Both the position numbers and the translations under genes were made by a program. Below are positions 30,016 through 45,400 of a stretch of DNA of 64,000 nucleotides, one piece after another. The notes under the pieces are model-generated. The model made no database searches, had not been told where the DNA came from, and saw only the letters and a list, made by a program, of their open reading frames with translations. Source of the stretch: an uncultured virus (IMG/VR IMGVR_UViG_3300021598_001257) (lineage: Duplodnaviria > Heunggongvirae > Uroviricota > Caudoviricetes); IMG/VR virus record IMGVR_UViG_3300021598_001257; one strand, given 5' to 3'. Within the stretch, counting starts at the first letter, position 1. Every line of letters starts with the position of its first letter.

Positions 30016-31572
30016 TTAAAACTGCAAAATAATCTTAATGTCTTCTTTTTGATTAGATGACCTCGTTATTGAGGGTCTATTGTCAACATAAAGTATATCT
30101 CCAGAGTATTTTTTAACGTCTGGATTTGATACTCCATTGACAAAAACTTGACCAAGATAATATGTCTTACTATTTAGGATAGTGGAAATACCGCTAAAAC
30201 TTGTGTCTATACCCAAATTTGTGTTTCCACCTTCGATGAGTAAAGAACCACCACTTGATGGGTTTGACGTAAACCTATTCATTCCAAATCCATATATGGC
30301 AGATGATGGATTTGAAGTTCCGTCCGAATTAAACCCAACTAAAGATTTATCCTGCCAATACTTTAAAACACCTGTTATTTTATCATAGGAAACAACTCTA
30401 CCAACTGCAGTTGATCCTAAACCAACTGTCTGTTTAATTGTAGAATCTGGAAGAAAAATTGCGTTACTATATCCAACCCCAACTAATTTTAATGCGTATA
30501 CTGCGCTGGCCTTGTCTACAATTAAATTTGTATCTGAATTTGCATTTTTTGGATTTCTAACTATCCCAACTCTAGCAATTTGATTTCCTGTAGTAAAAAT
30601 TGTGTTTTGAATACTATTTTCTAACCTAGAGTAAAGTAATACGTTAGTTGCTCCAAGTTCTTTATAAACATTTGCTCCATGACCACCATCGGGAGGAATA
30701 ATGACATCAAACGTTGGTGAAATCGTAGCATCAGGAACACCTCCGGATTTTAAATCCACCGTACCATAAGTATATCCAGAACCACCGTTAGATATGGTTA
30801 TTGAAGAAACCTTTGAGTCTCCATTAATAACAATAGTAGCCTTTGCATCACTACCATCTCCTTTAATTGGTACATTTGAGTAAACTGCATTTGCAGTTCC
30901 AACCCCCACTCCCCTATTTTTTATTGTTGCAATCTTTATTTGTCCACTTGTTGCTGCATTATTTCTTACTGCAGAATTTTCTGTGTTTGTTAACCAGTTT
31001 TTTGGAACAGGTATATAATTAGTAGATTCGAATTTTATAATATCACTTGGTTTAATAGTAAACAAATATTTCCATATATATCCATCTCCACTATCTCCCG
31101 CAGTTCTTGGTTCTAAATCAGTAAAAATTGGTTGGTCAATAGATGGTTTTCCTACAGGATTTTCTGGGTCAACACCATTGTATAAGCAAATATAAACTTT
31201 ATAATCATCATTTACTACGTAGTAATTTGCATTATATAAATTTGTAGCTTCTGATGGTTTTGATAAATTTGTCCTACTTATATCATGCCTATACATGTCA
31301 TAAGTAGTGCCGGAGGTCCAAGTATTTCTTTTTATGACTTGCCTAACATCATCACTAAAAATTCTTTTTAATGCTATCATTGTGTCCCAATAATCATCTT
31401 CTTGCTCAAAACTATCTTTTGGAGATGGAGGACTAAAATCCCAATTTTCATTATAATTTGTAGGATTTGGTAGGCCAACAAAAGCATAATAACTATTTTC
31501 TTCCGATTCTACATCAGATATAAAGGAGTTAGCATTTAAAATTCTGAATTGATTAGTTATAATTGCAGACAT
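30016..31572 (-). CDS. gp8: Baseplate wedge protein gp8
   Basis: W-SGT-YDMY, YKVY-CL-N, DGYIWKYLF and C-terminal ED-KIILQF motifs. Confidence 0.9.
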   Translation of the reverse strand: MSAIITNQFRILNANSFISDVESEENSYYAFVGLPNPTNYNENWDFSPPSPKDSFEQEDDYWDTMIALKRIFSDDVRQVIKRNTWTSGTTYDMYRHDISRTNLSKPSEATNLYNANYYVVNDDYKVYICLYNGVDPENPVGKPSIDQPIFTDLEPRTAGDSGDGYIWKYLFTIKPSDIIKFESTNYIPVPKNWLTNTENSAVRNNAATSGQIKIATIKNRGVGVGTANAVYSNVPIKGDGSDAKATIVINGDSKVSSITISNGGSGYTYGTVDLKSGGVPDATISPTFDVIIPPDGGHGANVYKELGATNVLLYSRLENSIQNTIFTTGNQIARVGIVRNPKNANSDTNLIVDKASAVYALKLVGVGYSNAIFLPDSTIKQTVGLGSTAVGRVVSYDKITGVLKYWQDKSLVGFNSDGTSNPSSAIYGFGMNRFTSNPSSGGSLLIEGGNTNLGIDTSFSGISTILNSKTYYLGQVFVNGVSNPDVKKYSGDILYVDNRPSITRSSNQKEDIKIILQF

Positions 31573-31599
31573 TTTTATAGTTTTTTATTTATTTATCTG

Positions 31600-33438
31600 T
31601 TAAATTGCAATTGTATCTAGAGTTCCATCATCCATAACGATTATTCTATATCTAGTTCCATTGGGAGAACTTAAAATTATACCAACAGAGGTGTCTACAC
31701 CAACATTTACATCACTCGAATATGTTGAAATTCCTGAGACATTTAACTGATTTGAAGATACAGTTCCACTAACTGATAACCCCCCAGTGCTTGCAACAGA
31801 GTACTCTATTAGTCCAGTTTCATCAGTCAACTTAACTTCTTTAGCCCCAAGAATTAATGGGAAACTACCAGAAATATCTCTAACTTGACTACTTTGGCCT
31901 CCAGCAAATTCACTAGATGCGTGATAAACTCTGAATGAATTTGGAGAACCTAAATTAATATACTTATCATCATCAAAATTTATATTATCTTTAAAAGTTA
32001 CAGTACTTTCAAATGTAGAAATACCGGATATACTAACTTCTTGTGCAAATAATGTTCCATTACTCACTGTAGTAATACCACTTAAAGTAGAAACACCAAT
32101 TACATTTAATGAATTTGAATTTAAAGTAGAAACTATACAATCTGTCGAGTTTAGGGTAGTGATTGTGCTTAGAGTACCTACTAAATTATCTGTCGTTACA
32201 CTTGAACAATTTAAAGATGTTATGGTTGAAGATGTTCCTGTAAGACTTGCAATATTTGCATTTTGAGTAGTTAAATCTGTGCTGTTTAGTGTTGAAATTG
32301 TACCAATTCCAATAGATGAAATATTTGTAATCGTCAATTGGTCCGAACTTAATATTTCAGAATCACCAATTTTATAACTTTTACCTGAGTTTAAATTCAG
32401 ATTCTCACTCAATTTCCAAGAATCGCTTGAAAAATGATAAAGTATTGTTTTTGTAATATTTGTCGAACCTATGCCAATACCAGCACCGTCTAGTAATAAG
32501 TTAGTACCAACTGAAGTTGCTATTCCGACATTAAAATCCGCTAACTCAATATTTGATGAACTGACAATAAATTGATCTCCATCAACATATAAATCTCCTT
32601 TTATTCTTATAATTCCAACATTATCACCTATAGTTTCTGGATCAATAATAATTGTTGATGGACCTGTAATAGAATTTGCAGTAATATTAATTGCGGTTCC
32701 TGTTGCTCCTGTAGAGAAACTTGTTGCAGTTATAATCCCCGTAGAGAAAATATTATCATTAATAATATTGGGGAGAGTTGAAATTCCGGAGCAATTAATA
32801 TTTGATGAAATTAAATCATTAACATTCGAATTTGTTACAGTTAAATTTGTTATTGTGCAAGATGTGCCAGTTAAAGTATCTGTAGTGATAATATTAGAAG
32901 ATACTGAACTAATAGTTGCAGAAGAACCCACAATATTAGTAATATTTGCATTAGTAATATTGGAATTTGTATTATTTGAATTTGTAATAGTACTGGCAGA
33001 ACCTATGATAGAAATTGCATTTAAATTCGTTGTAGTTGTATTTGTTACCGTTAGATCTGTTCCAAAATAAGTTGTAATTGTTGCTGCAGTACCAGTCAAA
33101 TTTGTAATATTACTATTAGTATTTGTAAAATCACTTATTGTACCAAAACCAGAATTAATCTGGCCATTAAAAGTTGTAGCTGTGACTATTCCTGTAAATT
33201 TGCCATCCCCAGAAACAGTAAGTCTGCTAGTTACATTTGTTGTACCTATACCAACACTTAACGTTGTAGTAATTCCAGTACTACGTTTATCCCATATTGC
33301 AACATCAAGATTTACGCCATCACCCAAAAAGTTATATATTTCATCAAAGTTTTCATTAATTTTAATTGCACCAACCAGCAATGTATCGCCATCACCGGCA
33401 TTAGGAGTTGAACCAGTATTTATTCCTAATTTAGACAT
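31600..33438 (-). CDS. Fibre/baseplate protein with a gp9/gp10-like N-terminus
   Basis: G--PN-GDGD-L--GA-KIN-NF-EIY N-terminus, then T/I/N/S-rich fibre-like repeats. Confidence 0.7.
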   Translation of the reverse strand: MSKLGINTGSTPNAGDGDTLLVGAIKINENFDEIYNFLGDGVNLDVAIWDKRSTGITTTLSVGIGTTNVTSRLTVSGDGKFTGIVTATTFNGQINSGFGTISDFTNTNSNITNLTGTAATITTYFGTDLTVTNTTTTNLNAISIIGSASTITNSNNTNSNITNANITNIVGSSATISSVSSNIITTDTLTGTSCTITNLTVTNSNVNDLISSNINCSGISTLPNIINDNIFSTGIITATSFSTGATGTAINITANSITGPSTIIIDPETIGDNVGIIRIKGDLYVDGDQFIVSSSNIELADFNVGIATSVGTNLLLDGAGIGIGSTNITKTILYHFSSDSWKLSENLNLNSGKSYKIGDSEILSSDQLTITNISSIGIGTISTLNSTDLTTQNANIASLTGTSSTITSLNCSSVTTDNLVGTLSTITTLNSTDCIVSTLNSNSLNVIGVSTLSGITTVSNGTLFAQEVSISGISTFESTVTFKDNINFDDDKYINLGSPNSFRVYHASSEFAGGQSSQVRDISGSFPLILGAKEVKLTDETGLIEYSVASTGGLSVSGTVSSNQLNVSGISTYSSDVNVGVDTSVGIILSSPNGTRYRIIVMDDGTLDTIAI

Positions 33439-33470
33439 TGATAGATATTACCTTTTTACATATTTATGAA

Positions 33471-36400
33471 CTAACTATAGTTATTATATTTTAATGGATT
33501 AACTCTAATAACACTCGCGGATGTGGTGATTCCATTAATTCCATAAGAATTAAACTGCTTTGGATTTATTCTATTAATATCTGTCAGTTTACCCCAAGTG
33601 TATTCGCCACCATAATATATTGTACTATACGAAGTTAATGAACTAGTGTCAAAATAGTCCCAAGTATAATATGTGGAATCAAATGTTATAGTTGAAGAAC
33701 CTAATCCAATTGTACTCAATCCTACACTAGATGAATCATCTGATTTTACAAAGACTCTCTTAATATATGTTGTTCCAATTCCAATAATATTTGAATTTAG
33801 TATTTGAATGTTGCTAACTTGATATATTGAATCTATAAATTGAGTTGAAATGCCAATTAAAGAACCATCATTCCTGTAAGATGGATAAGAATCTGTGGAA
33901 ATACTCACAACAGAGTCTTTTATTACAAAATAATCTCCAACTTCAATTTGACTGATTGTTATTGCTATTCCTACAATTGATTGGTCTCGTAAAGTGGAAT
34001 CATCTGGGATATACAAATCAAATATTTTATACTTTTGAATACCAACCATAGTTTGTCCATATCCAACAATAGTTCCAAAATCTCCTTTATATGTGATGTT
34101 ATCAATAACCTCTGTTACTGGTGATGGTGGTTCAATTAAAACTATTGGAGGTTTTGTGGTCGTATACCCACTACCAACAAAATCAATATTTACTGAAGAA
34201 ACAGTTCCTGCGGCAGAAACAATAGTTCTGACTCTTGGTGCAAATTCAGAACCAAAACCTATTGGATTTTGAATTGTGATATCAGGAACTGCTTGTGGAT
34301 CATATCCAGAACCACCCTCAGTTATTAATATTGAAGAAACAATACCAACTGGAGAAATAATAGCTGTGGCGGCAGCAGAAATTATATTGTCTTGAGATAC
34401 TATTATAATTTTATTTTGTGGTTCAGAACCAGTTATATATTCTTTTTTGCTATCAAAAAATGTCCTTACAGATTCTACATGTATTTCTGTAGATGCTAAA
34501 CTGACGGTTTGAATTATATTTGTAGTTGGTTGTATTAACGGTTCAATTTGAATTCTATCTTTTGTAACCTCTTTTCCATTGACAAATATATCCTCCCTCT
34601 GCCTATATAACGTCATTGGTCTTAATAAAGACTCATTTTCAGTTATTCCGGGTCCACCATAATTATTTGTTCTTATCGAATCTACTGATAATATGTCAGT
34701 TACGGTTCTTGAATCTTGAGATAAGAAATTAAAAGTATCATCATTTATTTGAACAGAATCTCCAATCTTTATTTTTTGTATCGGAGTCACTGGGACAACA
34801 TCAACACTAGAGGTTCCTTCGTAGAATAGTATGGTACAAATGTCGCCAACTTTAGGGGGCTCACTGAAAGAAATTGAACTTCCTCCATCAAATGTATAAC
34901 TATTTCCTGGAACTTGTAAGACATTATTTAAAAATACCAATAGGCATGATTGAATGTCAATAGGAGAACCTAGTTTTGATTTTATAGAAACAATAGAATT
35001 GTTAACTTTTAGAGAGAAAATTCTTCTGCTACCATTAAATAAATCATCTATAGAATCAAAAAGTTTTAAATCTCCAAAACTCCATCCAGAAAAAGTGTCA
35101 GAAAGTGTTTTTTCAATTGTGATATTAAATTCTGAAAATTGATTACTTGTGGGTATACCTGTAATGTTATTTGTATCTACAGTTAAAATTTCTCCTTGAC
35201 CATATCCATAACCAAAGTTTTTGATTTCAAAATCTATTATACTTGAACCCTGACCTACAACAATATCAATCGTTGCTCCAGTGCCAAATCCTAGAGATGA
35301 TGCGTTACTGTAAACTAATGGAATGTTTGAATATGAAATAGGATTATCAAAAATGACAGTAGGTAAGTTTGATGTGGTATATCCAAATCCCACATTTGTT
35401 ATCTCTATTGGACCAACAATACTTCCATTACTTATAGTTGCAAATCCAATATGTGTAACTGTAGAAATTCCACTAGAACTGCTTGCAATTCCAACATTAA
35501 CAAACCCAATAGATGGATTATTAACTTTTATTGATACTTGGGTTTCTTGTGGTATTTGATATTGTGAGGTGCTGCCAATACCTATAGTAACAAAAGAAGA
35601 ACCTATAGAAACTATATTTGCATTTGTAATATATGTTCCAATCCCTATCTCAAAATTTGATTGATTGCTTAACTTTTCAAGGATTTTAAATATGCTATTT
35701 TTATTTTCAATATAAATCAATGTACTTCCAATACTAATATTTGAATTAGTAAAGGATTCTATATTGTAATAAGATTTTGCTCTATAACCCGAACCAGAAT
35801 TTCCGATTGATATAGATTGTATAGTTCCTCCCACAGAAATTATAGGTGTTCCTCCTGCAGAAACTAGAGGTTGATAACCAAATCCTTTGGTTGAGCCTAC
35901 AGAAACTATTATTCCACCTTTGGGAACATTTGATGAGTTAATATCATAAGTTGAATTGAGTTCTCCATCATTAAATTTAATGGTAGTTATTCCAGCACTC
36001 TCTTCCAACAAATAGTTTCCGACTATTGGATTTGGGAATGTTAATCTTTGTGGAGTTTGGAAAACTTGGTTAATTAATAAAATTCCATTACTTGTAACAA
36101 TTCCCGATACATCATTTCCATTGGATTTTAAAATAAAATCAGTTTTAATCCCATTAAATCCACTTGAGATGTCATCCAAAATATAGTTAGTAGAATATGC
36201 TTCCTCAGATGTTCCTTGGAACCCAGACCTGAGGAATATTCTTCCACCGAAAGAAGAATATGTTGTTATACCAACCCAATCAACTTCATTTGGTTTATTG
36301 CTAGTAAAAGGTGTTGGGCCAAATGGAGGATCTATAAAATTAATAGTATTATTAACTATATTATAAGAACCAAAAAGTTTAGTTGCCAGAGTTCCTTGTG

Positions 36401-39400
36401 AGTGGGATGAAATGCCCGTACCCATCCAAGCTCTGTTTACTAGAACAGAGTTTGTTTGTCCATATCCAACGGTTTTAATCTTTACTATTTCATTATCTAT
36501 TTTTAGAATGTCCCCTGCAAATATTGAAGATACCCCAGAAAGTCTAATAATATCATCGGATATTAATATCTGTGCAGTAGTACTTGCAGTAATTGCAGTA
36601 GAAACAACCGGAGATTGGATGACATTATCTAAAGTTATTAGAGATTTTGTATTTTGATTTGTAGAAGTCAATTTGTGTGCAGAACCAACTCCAACTGATA
36701 ATATGTTTATTGGATTTGGAACTTCTTTTAATGCATTCTCTGCTGAAGACGCTAATTTAATTGTAGAATCATTAATTTTTATGATATAAAGTTCGGTACT
36801 TAGTTTATCTGTAGCTCCAACACCAACAAAAGAAGTTTCTGCTATTCCTATGGGACTTGATAATTCTCCTTCGTAGGTATAATTGACTTTTTCGCCAGTA
36901 ACAAAAAAGTGATTTGGTATTTTAATTGTATTATCTAATAAATTTACTATATTTGGGTTATCCGCTTCAAACTCTCTTTGGAATATTGGTAGACGATTGT
37001 ATTCGAGGTTAAATTGTCTTTTTACAGTAGATGATGTCGAATTATATATTGAACTTCCTACATTTAGTGAAGCAGCACCGAGATTTATTGGAGAAGAACT
37101 TCCTGGGTTCGTAATTCCCAAACCCAAAGTAGTTTCAAAAACTCTTATTTCTAAAGAAGTATTTGCTAATGGAGTTGCACAAAGTTCAACATTATCTCCA
37201 GTAATTTTGCTACTTATTTGACATAAATTTTCATCAGTTATAATTCTTCCATATTCTAGAATATGAGAATCTGTAGTGTTACTTACTACAATAACTTCAG
37301 ACATCTGCTTTCTATTATTATTTCTATCAGAAACGCAAACGATATAATATGATGAATCAAAATCTCTTTTGTCGTAACTAGAAACTACTTTTTCTTGAGG
37401 CGAAGGGGTGGATGCAATTGAAACTGATGATGATTTAAGTAGATTTGTATTTAATTTTATAGAATCAGTACTAGTAACAGAATCCGACAATGAAAATACC
37501 AAAGCATTTGTGATATACTCGGAATTTAAATCATTATTTGGCGTAAATGATAATATTAAAGTAGAACCAGAATATGAAATTCCATAAGTTCCTAATCCAA
37601 CAGAAGACTCTGCTTCTGCACTATTATTAAATTGACCATATTCTAAGAATTCAAATTGATTGCCATTGTTTATTAAACTTATTTCATTGTATTCGTAGTA
37701 ATTATCAGTCTTTGATGAGATTTGCAGCAGAATTTTTGCAAAAGAATATGAGGTTGAAATAGATACTATTTCAGTTTCTCCAATTGTAGTTGGTAAAATA
37801 GTCGATTCTACCGATTCAATCTTAACAGAATCTCCAAAAGAAAGTGTTGAGATGCCTAATGACGAATCAATTAGATCGTAAGAAACAAAGTTTATATTAA
37901 AATCATTCGTTTGATATTGATTTGGGTAAAATAGTAGATTCGCCTCGTCACCTATAAAAGAGATATCAAAAGAACCCAAGTCACTCACCGTTGCAACTTT
38001 TGCATATTGATTTAACAGTGCAAAATTATCATCATGCAAAATTGTTACCAATGAAGTTTGCTTTTCTCCAGAAAATCTCCTATCATATGCATTAACAATA
38101 TATTTTTTACTTCTATTTGAGTTCCTTTTAAAAGTATTTGTTACAGAGAAGACAGTACTTCTTTCTTCACTATTGAATTGATCGCTAATATTATCAACCG
38201 CCAATACTCTATTATTAACTGATTGAAGATAATTTGAAGCTTCAACATTTTTCAATATCAATTCACTCGATAGAACTTGTGAATTTATTTTTATAGTTTT
38301 TTCCTTAGCAAAATCAAAGTCATTAACAGTTTCAAAATCTATTGTTTCACTATAATCAGAAATACCTACAAAGTCTCCAAAATCTTGTTCTGTAGAAATC
38401 CCAGAAAAAGAATCTGTTGAAGATTCTACTATCAAATCTCCAAATTTTTTAAATCCTAAAGTGTGATTTTGACTAGTTACTACGTCATCCCATTGGTTAT
38501 AGTCAATTTTTGTTTTAATTGAATATGAGAAAAATTGATAATAGTCACTATCATGTATTTTTTGATAATTATTATTTAAGAATCCAGTTTCATTTTTAGA
38601 ACCTTCTTTTACTATTGATGATGCTCCTATAGTGTAGTCGCCAACATAATTGTCTACTGATTTAATAATTCCATGCGTATTTGATGAAGATCCTTTTATA
38701 ATATCCCCAACTTTAAAATTTCCATTCCCATAAACTTTTAAAATTTTAGAACTAAAATTCCAATCAAAAATAGTAGCCTTTACACTATCCGATGTTATTT
38801 CTTCATTAGTGAAGAAATTATTATATAGTAAATCCATATTAAAGGTTGGGAAAAACTTTTTAGGAACGATATTTCCATAAGAAGTCGATGCATCAAAAAT
38901 TCCGGGCAATTCATTTGAAGATAACTTATCTGCCAAATTGTAAGTTACCGTCGAAGTTCCTCCTAGATTTGGATTAACTGAAGTCAACTTAAATAATGAA
39001 TAGTTATATGCCGACGAATTATAGCCCTTTAATGTCGATGCGGTTCCTACATTAGTACCTTCTATTAAAACTTCATCGCCAACTTCAAATGGATAATCTG
39101 ATAAACTAGTATAAGTTGTTGCCAAAGAAACGGTGACATCCTTAGTAGTCTCGTTAAATGTTATTGAATTAATCCCTATTCCATTTGAATTATTAATTGG
39201 CAATATTATTGGGTAACTATCGCTTAATTTTGCAGTATCTCTAACTACGGTGATACTCTTATCTTCTAAATTATATCTCAAATCTACATCATCTATTACT
39301 TCACCTCTAACAGAATCTATTACTATTAAGTCTGGAGACTTTGTATAATTCTTTCCAAAAGAAGATATGCCTATAAAATTAAACGAAAGTAAAGTATCTA

Positions 39401-42400
39401 CTTTTAAAACTTGAGGTAGTTTTACAGTGGGTCTTATTGTTTTATCCGCAGAATAATCAAAACCAACATCTTCAATTTCAGAAACAACTATTTTTCCAAT
39501 ATTATCCGAATATGGACTTATAATTGCCTGCTTACCCTCTGATGATGAAATTGAAACTATTTTTGGCAGACTTTTATACTGACTTCCTCTGGACAATGCT
39601 CTAAAAGAATCTATTGGACCTTTTGCTGTAAAAGAATTAGTTACATATGATAATACTGCTTCTGAAGATAGATAGGACGAAACTTCTGGTCTTTTTGCTA
39701 TATTGAATGAGAAAGTGGTAGAAGTTATTCCTGAAATAATATTATTTCCAGAAAAACCGCTTTCTTCAACTGAAATATGATTATTTGATAATATATTTAC
39801 CGAATCTGCTATAATTTTTATATTATTTTCAATGTTCGTATTCGATGATACTGGTTTTAGTGTATAATATAATGATTTTGGAATGTTGTCAGAAACATAT
39901 AAAGTGACTTTTGCATCTGTGGATATTCCAATTCTTCCACTTTTTTTAATTTCAAATGAATTTGTAAATTTTGAGGTATTGAAAATATTTTTAAAATCAG
40001 AATCTGTATAGAAATCAAAGTCAAATGAAGATGAGGGGATTGAATTGATTAAATGGCTTAAAGAACTGTCAGAAAGATCGAATTCAACTACTTGATTTCT
40101 AAATACGGAAATTTTGGGATTTACTGCCGACAAAACACCAAAACTTTGACTCGTTAAGTCTATACAAATAGGTTCCGATAGTTTGGAATCGTAAAACGTT
40201 TTTGATAATTTGATATTATTACCATCAATAACAACCGCATAATATATTTCATTATCCACCAAACCACCAACAGGTGCATTTGAAGTGTAAATAAGTTTCT
40301 GGCCGTTTTCGTATCCATGGGATAGAATTGTAATCGTATCTGTTGCTATATCTACATCAGAAGACAAAAATTCCTTAGGATTTGCAACTAATCTCTTATT
40401 GTAAGAATTATATTTTATAATATGAGTTACTGTATTTTTGGAAAGACATGTTAGCGAAATACTATTATTAGTTTCTAGCCCATGAGTGGATGAAGTTGAT
40501 ACTGTTACTAAATTTTTTTCAATCTTACCCAAAATAATATCATTATAATTTGTTTTAAAACTATGTAATACTCCGGTTCCAATTCCAGTAAAATATAAAG
40601 TACTTGTTGTAACTTCACTGTTTATTCCTACAAAATTTCCATTAGAACCAATACCAATAGGATTAGTTGCAATACCTATTAAATTATCATTCACTACGGC
40701 TGCATATACTACTTGATTATTTTCTAATTGAAATGAAGATGTACCATCTGTTGAAATTGAAATAGATGTATCACCACCATTAGAATATATTAGAGAATCT
40801 CCTGTATATAAATTGTGGTCTGGGAGAAAAATTGTTTTTGTTGGAATAAAGAGTGATGTTCTTCCTGTTCCCGGATTACTAAAAGATAATGTATAACCTA
40901 TACCAACTCCGGCAACTGTCCCCAATCCTATGGAATCATTGGGGTTAAAATAAATTTGTCTGTTATATGATGGACTGTATATGGAAGATATTATTCCAAC
41001 TCGGAATTCGAATTTTCTAGATTCTTGCTTGATAAGAGAAGATATTGTATGAGCAGAACCAACAGAATTGTCATATTCCCTAAGAACTCTTATTCTAGTT
41101 AATTCTGGTTCTATATTCAATACCTTTACTTTTTCGGAACCAATTCCTAAAATATCATTTTCTCTTAGATATGGGTAGAATATAGCTCCACCAACATCAA
41201 AATAAGTTACTATTCCGGTAGAAGATGGAGTATCAACTGAAGAAATAAGAGTTAGAATATCAGTTCTCACTCCTACTCGATATGAACCATTTAAAAAACT
41301 ACCGAAAGTGTTTATACCCGTAACGTTAATTATGTCAAAATCGGAAAGACCATGTGGATTTTCAGAAAATCCTACAATCAAACCTCTCTCTATAAAATTG
41401 CTGGGAATAAATTCTACATTTGTAATTGAAGTTGTACTGGAAGAAACTTGATTAATTTCTTTTCCTTTTAATAATGAAACTTCATAAGATGCCCCTTGCC
41501 CACCTCCAGTTAGTGTGTTATCAAAGATTATTCTATCACCTACTCTATAGTCAATTCCTGAAGAGTTAATTCCAATAAAATCTATCTCTCCCCTCTTTAT
41601 TCTTTTTACTGAAGAATTTTGGGGTTTTATTTTATTACTATCTAATATGAAATCGTATCTACTGCGAGAACTTTTCAACTTATATGGGTAAGTATTTCTT
41701 AAATATTTCCCAGTATTTAAATCAAAAGTATCTTGATTTATTTTTTTGGAGAAATTATCTTCTATTGGTAATGATTTGAACTCATTTCCAATAAAATATG
41801 GGAAAATTGGTTTTCTATAATTTCGTAAATTGTCAAAAAATTCAATAGAAGAATCATTTATAGTTGAAAAATATGCATAAACTCCATTAGGATATTCTGG
41901 AGTAATACAGAATCTACCATTGAATTGATCCAAATCTCCTGAGTTTGTATACTCATAATCTTCGCAGAAAAATCCAAGCGGATAATCTGATTTATTGGGT
42001 CTATTAGATTTTTCTATCAGTGAATATCCAGATTTTAATAACTTTATTGGACCACCCTCATTCGAAGAGTAACCATATGGGCCATAAATTGGATTTCCAT
42101 CATAAGCCCATCCTATTATTGGAGAGTGTATATTTGATAATATTTCTTGTCCAGAATTTAATATTAGGTCTGGGATAAAGGATTCTACCGAGTTTATATT
42201 ACTTCCTCTTCCAACAATTCTTCTCAAACTCCTTGGCGGATATGTGTGAGTATACTGCAATCCATTATCCGAATCAATAATAATACCGTCATCATCTGAG
42301 ATAGAATTTAAAGTAATATCTCTTTCTACTAAATTTATTTTCCAAGTTTTGGTAACAGATTGTAGGTTACATCCAGAACCAGATGGAATAACATTTATTG

Positions 42401-45400
42401 TTATTGAAGTCGAAAATCCTGTTCCTCCATCAATAACTTTTACTTCCTTAATTTGGCCATCAGAAACAATAGGGGTTAATATTGCTCCAGATCCTTTTCC
42501 ATCACTTACAATTTCCAATGAAGGTGGAGAATTGTATTCTGTGCCTCCGTTAAAAACTAGAACCTGGCTAATTTTACCAGAAGAAACAATAGGGAATAAC
42601 TGTGCATTTTTTCCAGTTTTTAAAGTAAAATTGGGTTGCCTATTAAAGTTTATAATATCTTCTGAACCATAATTAAATCCTCCAGTTTCTATGAATACTG
42701 ACTTAATTTCTCCTTTAAAAATTGGTTGTAAAGTGGCATCTAATTTGTGCGAAGTTAATGTCGATACTCCAATAACTCCAGTTATGTTTACTGTAATTGG
42801 TTCATAATTAAAAGTATGTTTTCCAGACCCAGTTGTTTTGAAATTTTCATACTGATTAGTAGCAAAATAAAAGTCATTATTTGTAGATAATCCAACTACA
42901 GCTGATCCTATACCTATAGTTGAAGAAGTTCCAACTCTAGATAACTTAAAAGAATTTTCATCTACTTCTGTAACGTAATATGATTTTCCTGAGGAAAGAC
43001 CTACTATCTCTTGTTCTGTTGCGTTATATACTACAATCTCCCCAGTTTTATATCCATGCTCTGGTGCATAAACCGTGTTGGAACTAGTAATAATACCTGT
43101 TGGGAATACAGAAATTTTTCTATTCTTATATCCAGTTCCTTTATCAATAACTTTTACCAGACCTATTTTTTTCTTGAAGATTGCTGAAGAGAATTCATGA
43201 ATACCTACTCCATAAGAAGTTAAAGTAACCGTATTAATCCCCGCAAAAGCATCATCTGAGGTGGTATGTAACTTTATTGTACTGTCATCTAAGATAGAAG
43301 CATAATATGTTGATTCTGTAGTTAGTCCACCTATTGCCTGTTGATTTTTTGTTTTATAAACAATCGCTTCAGAATCTTGGAAATTGTGGAATGTTGAAAA
43401 TCCTATGGTATTATTAGTTAAGTTGACTAAACCTGAAAAATCGGTAGAATCAAAAGGTATTTTATATTCGTAAGAAATTAATTCAGATTCTACTTTTGCT
43501 CCACTTCCTCCGCCACCAGATATTGTTATTGTTGGTGGTTGTAAATAATTAAATCCACCATTAATAATCTGAATACTATCTAAATCCCCCTCAATACCAC
43601 AATAACCATTAGCACCCACTCCAACCGAATCCTCAATGGACAGAACTGGTGGAGAAATAATATCGTAATCATTTTCTGATGACAATACGTTTATTTTTTC
43701 TATAGGTCCATAAAAAATATTATTTTTTGATTTGTAATTTAAAATTTCAACACCATTTATCAGTATTCCTGTAGTTCCTGGTTTAGTTTCATATTTTTCT
43801 ACAGTATCTTGTGGTTCTTTAATAGTTTTTAATAACTTCTGAGATTGTAAATCTTTATTATAAAACTCAGAATCTATAATTACATTATCTATCGCTGTAC
43901 CAGAAACTTTTATATAACTATTTTTATATAAATTTTCTCTACTTCTCGCTAATTTTATTTTTGTAGAACTAATCTTTCTTACAAAATAAATTCTTTCTTC
44001 CAGTTCTTTATTAAAGTCTGCATCAAATAAATTATTTTCGATAAGCTCTGAATTTGGGACATATATAACAGAATTTCCTGTTAAAAAATAATGTGTTCCT
44101 ATTTCCAATTCTTCTTGTTGTTTGTAACTTCCACTGAAAACATTTTTTCCATTAGTTGTTTCTAAATCCAAATCAAAGTAATTTGGAAGAGATGATGCAG
44201 ATATTAAATATGTACCTTTTCTGTCTCCATAAACATTTTGAACATCTGAAGTGTAAATTTTAGAATTTGGAAAATTTTTAAATTTACTTTTAGATAAAAT
44301 CTTTTCGACACTGTATACTCTAGAAGCATCTATTTGCCCCTGACCACTCACGTTAAATGATTTTGAATTTATAATCGATATAACTGAAGAATTTATAGAA
44401 GGACCATTCGTTAAATGTATGACAATTTTATCCCCTATTCTTAAAAAATTATCTTCAAAAGTCTTAAATGTATAAGAAAATGAAGAAATATCAACTAAAG
44501 ATACTGATTCCACATCATAATTTATTGGAATATTAAAAAACCAATTATTTGCAGCAAATTGGGTTTCATCTTCACCGAGAGTATCTATTTTTATAATGTC
44601 ATTTTCGGAAAAAAGTTTTGTGTTTGAGTTAATATTTAAATCAGATAAAACACCAGTTACTCTAAATTTTACGATATTACTCGTCCCAACACCTGCATAG
44701 GAATATGCATAAGAATCTATTCTTATATCCTGTTTTGGTGGAATAGTTTGCGAAATTCCACTACATTCATAGAATTGAGTAAGAGATTTTGATTTATAAG
44801 TGATAACTAGAGAACTACCATTTTTTAATTTTGCAACTAAAGTTCCTTGATCAGGAAATCCTATAGTGGAATCGACATCTATTACGCTTGAACCTATAGA
44901 TACTTGGGAGGTTACTTTTGTTATTGGGTGTATTGAAAATTCTCCTTGTTCAGATGTTTCTGAATCTGGAGTATAGTCTAAACTAATAGAATAGTATTCT
45001 TTTTCACCACGAAGAATTTTTTCAATATTGTTTATTGAACCAAATGCTTTTTGGGATGTTTGAGTTTCATCTTGATATATTGTTCTATTTAAAACATCAT
45101 TGACAAATTCCTCATTTTCTAATACCTCAACAACTAATCTTTTTACAACTCTATAATCAGAGTTTGATGGTATAAAAAGATAGTCTCTTGGCTTAATTAC
45201 TTTTATTTCGTCGCCATAAAGTGCTTTAAATAAAATTTTAAAAGACTGGTCTGTTCCTTTCGATGAATAGAAATCTTTGGCTTGTTTAATGAAAAGATTT
45301 TCATTTAAACCCGAATATAAAGTTCTATTTTCAAATCCTGGTGTGAATTGAGATTTTACCTTATTAAAAAATTCACCCAAAAGTAAAGAACTGAGATTTA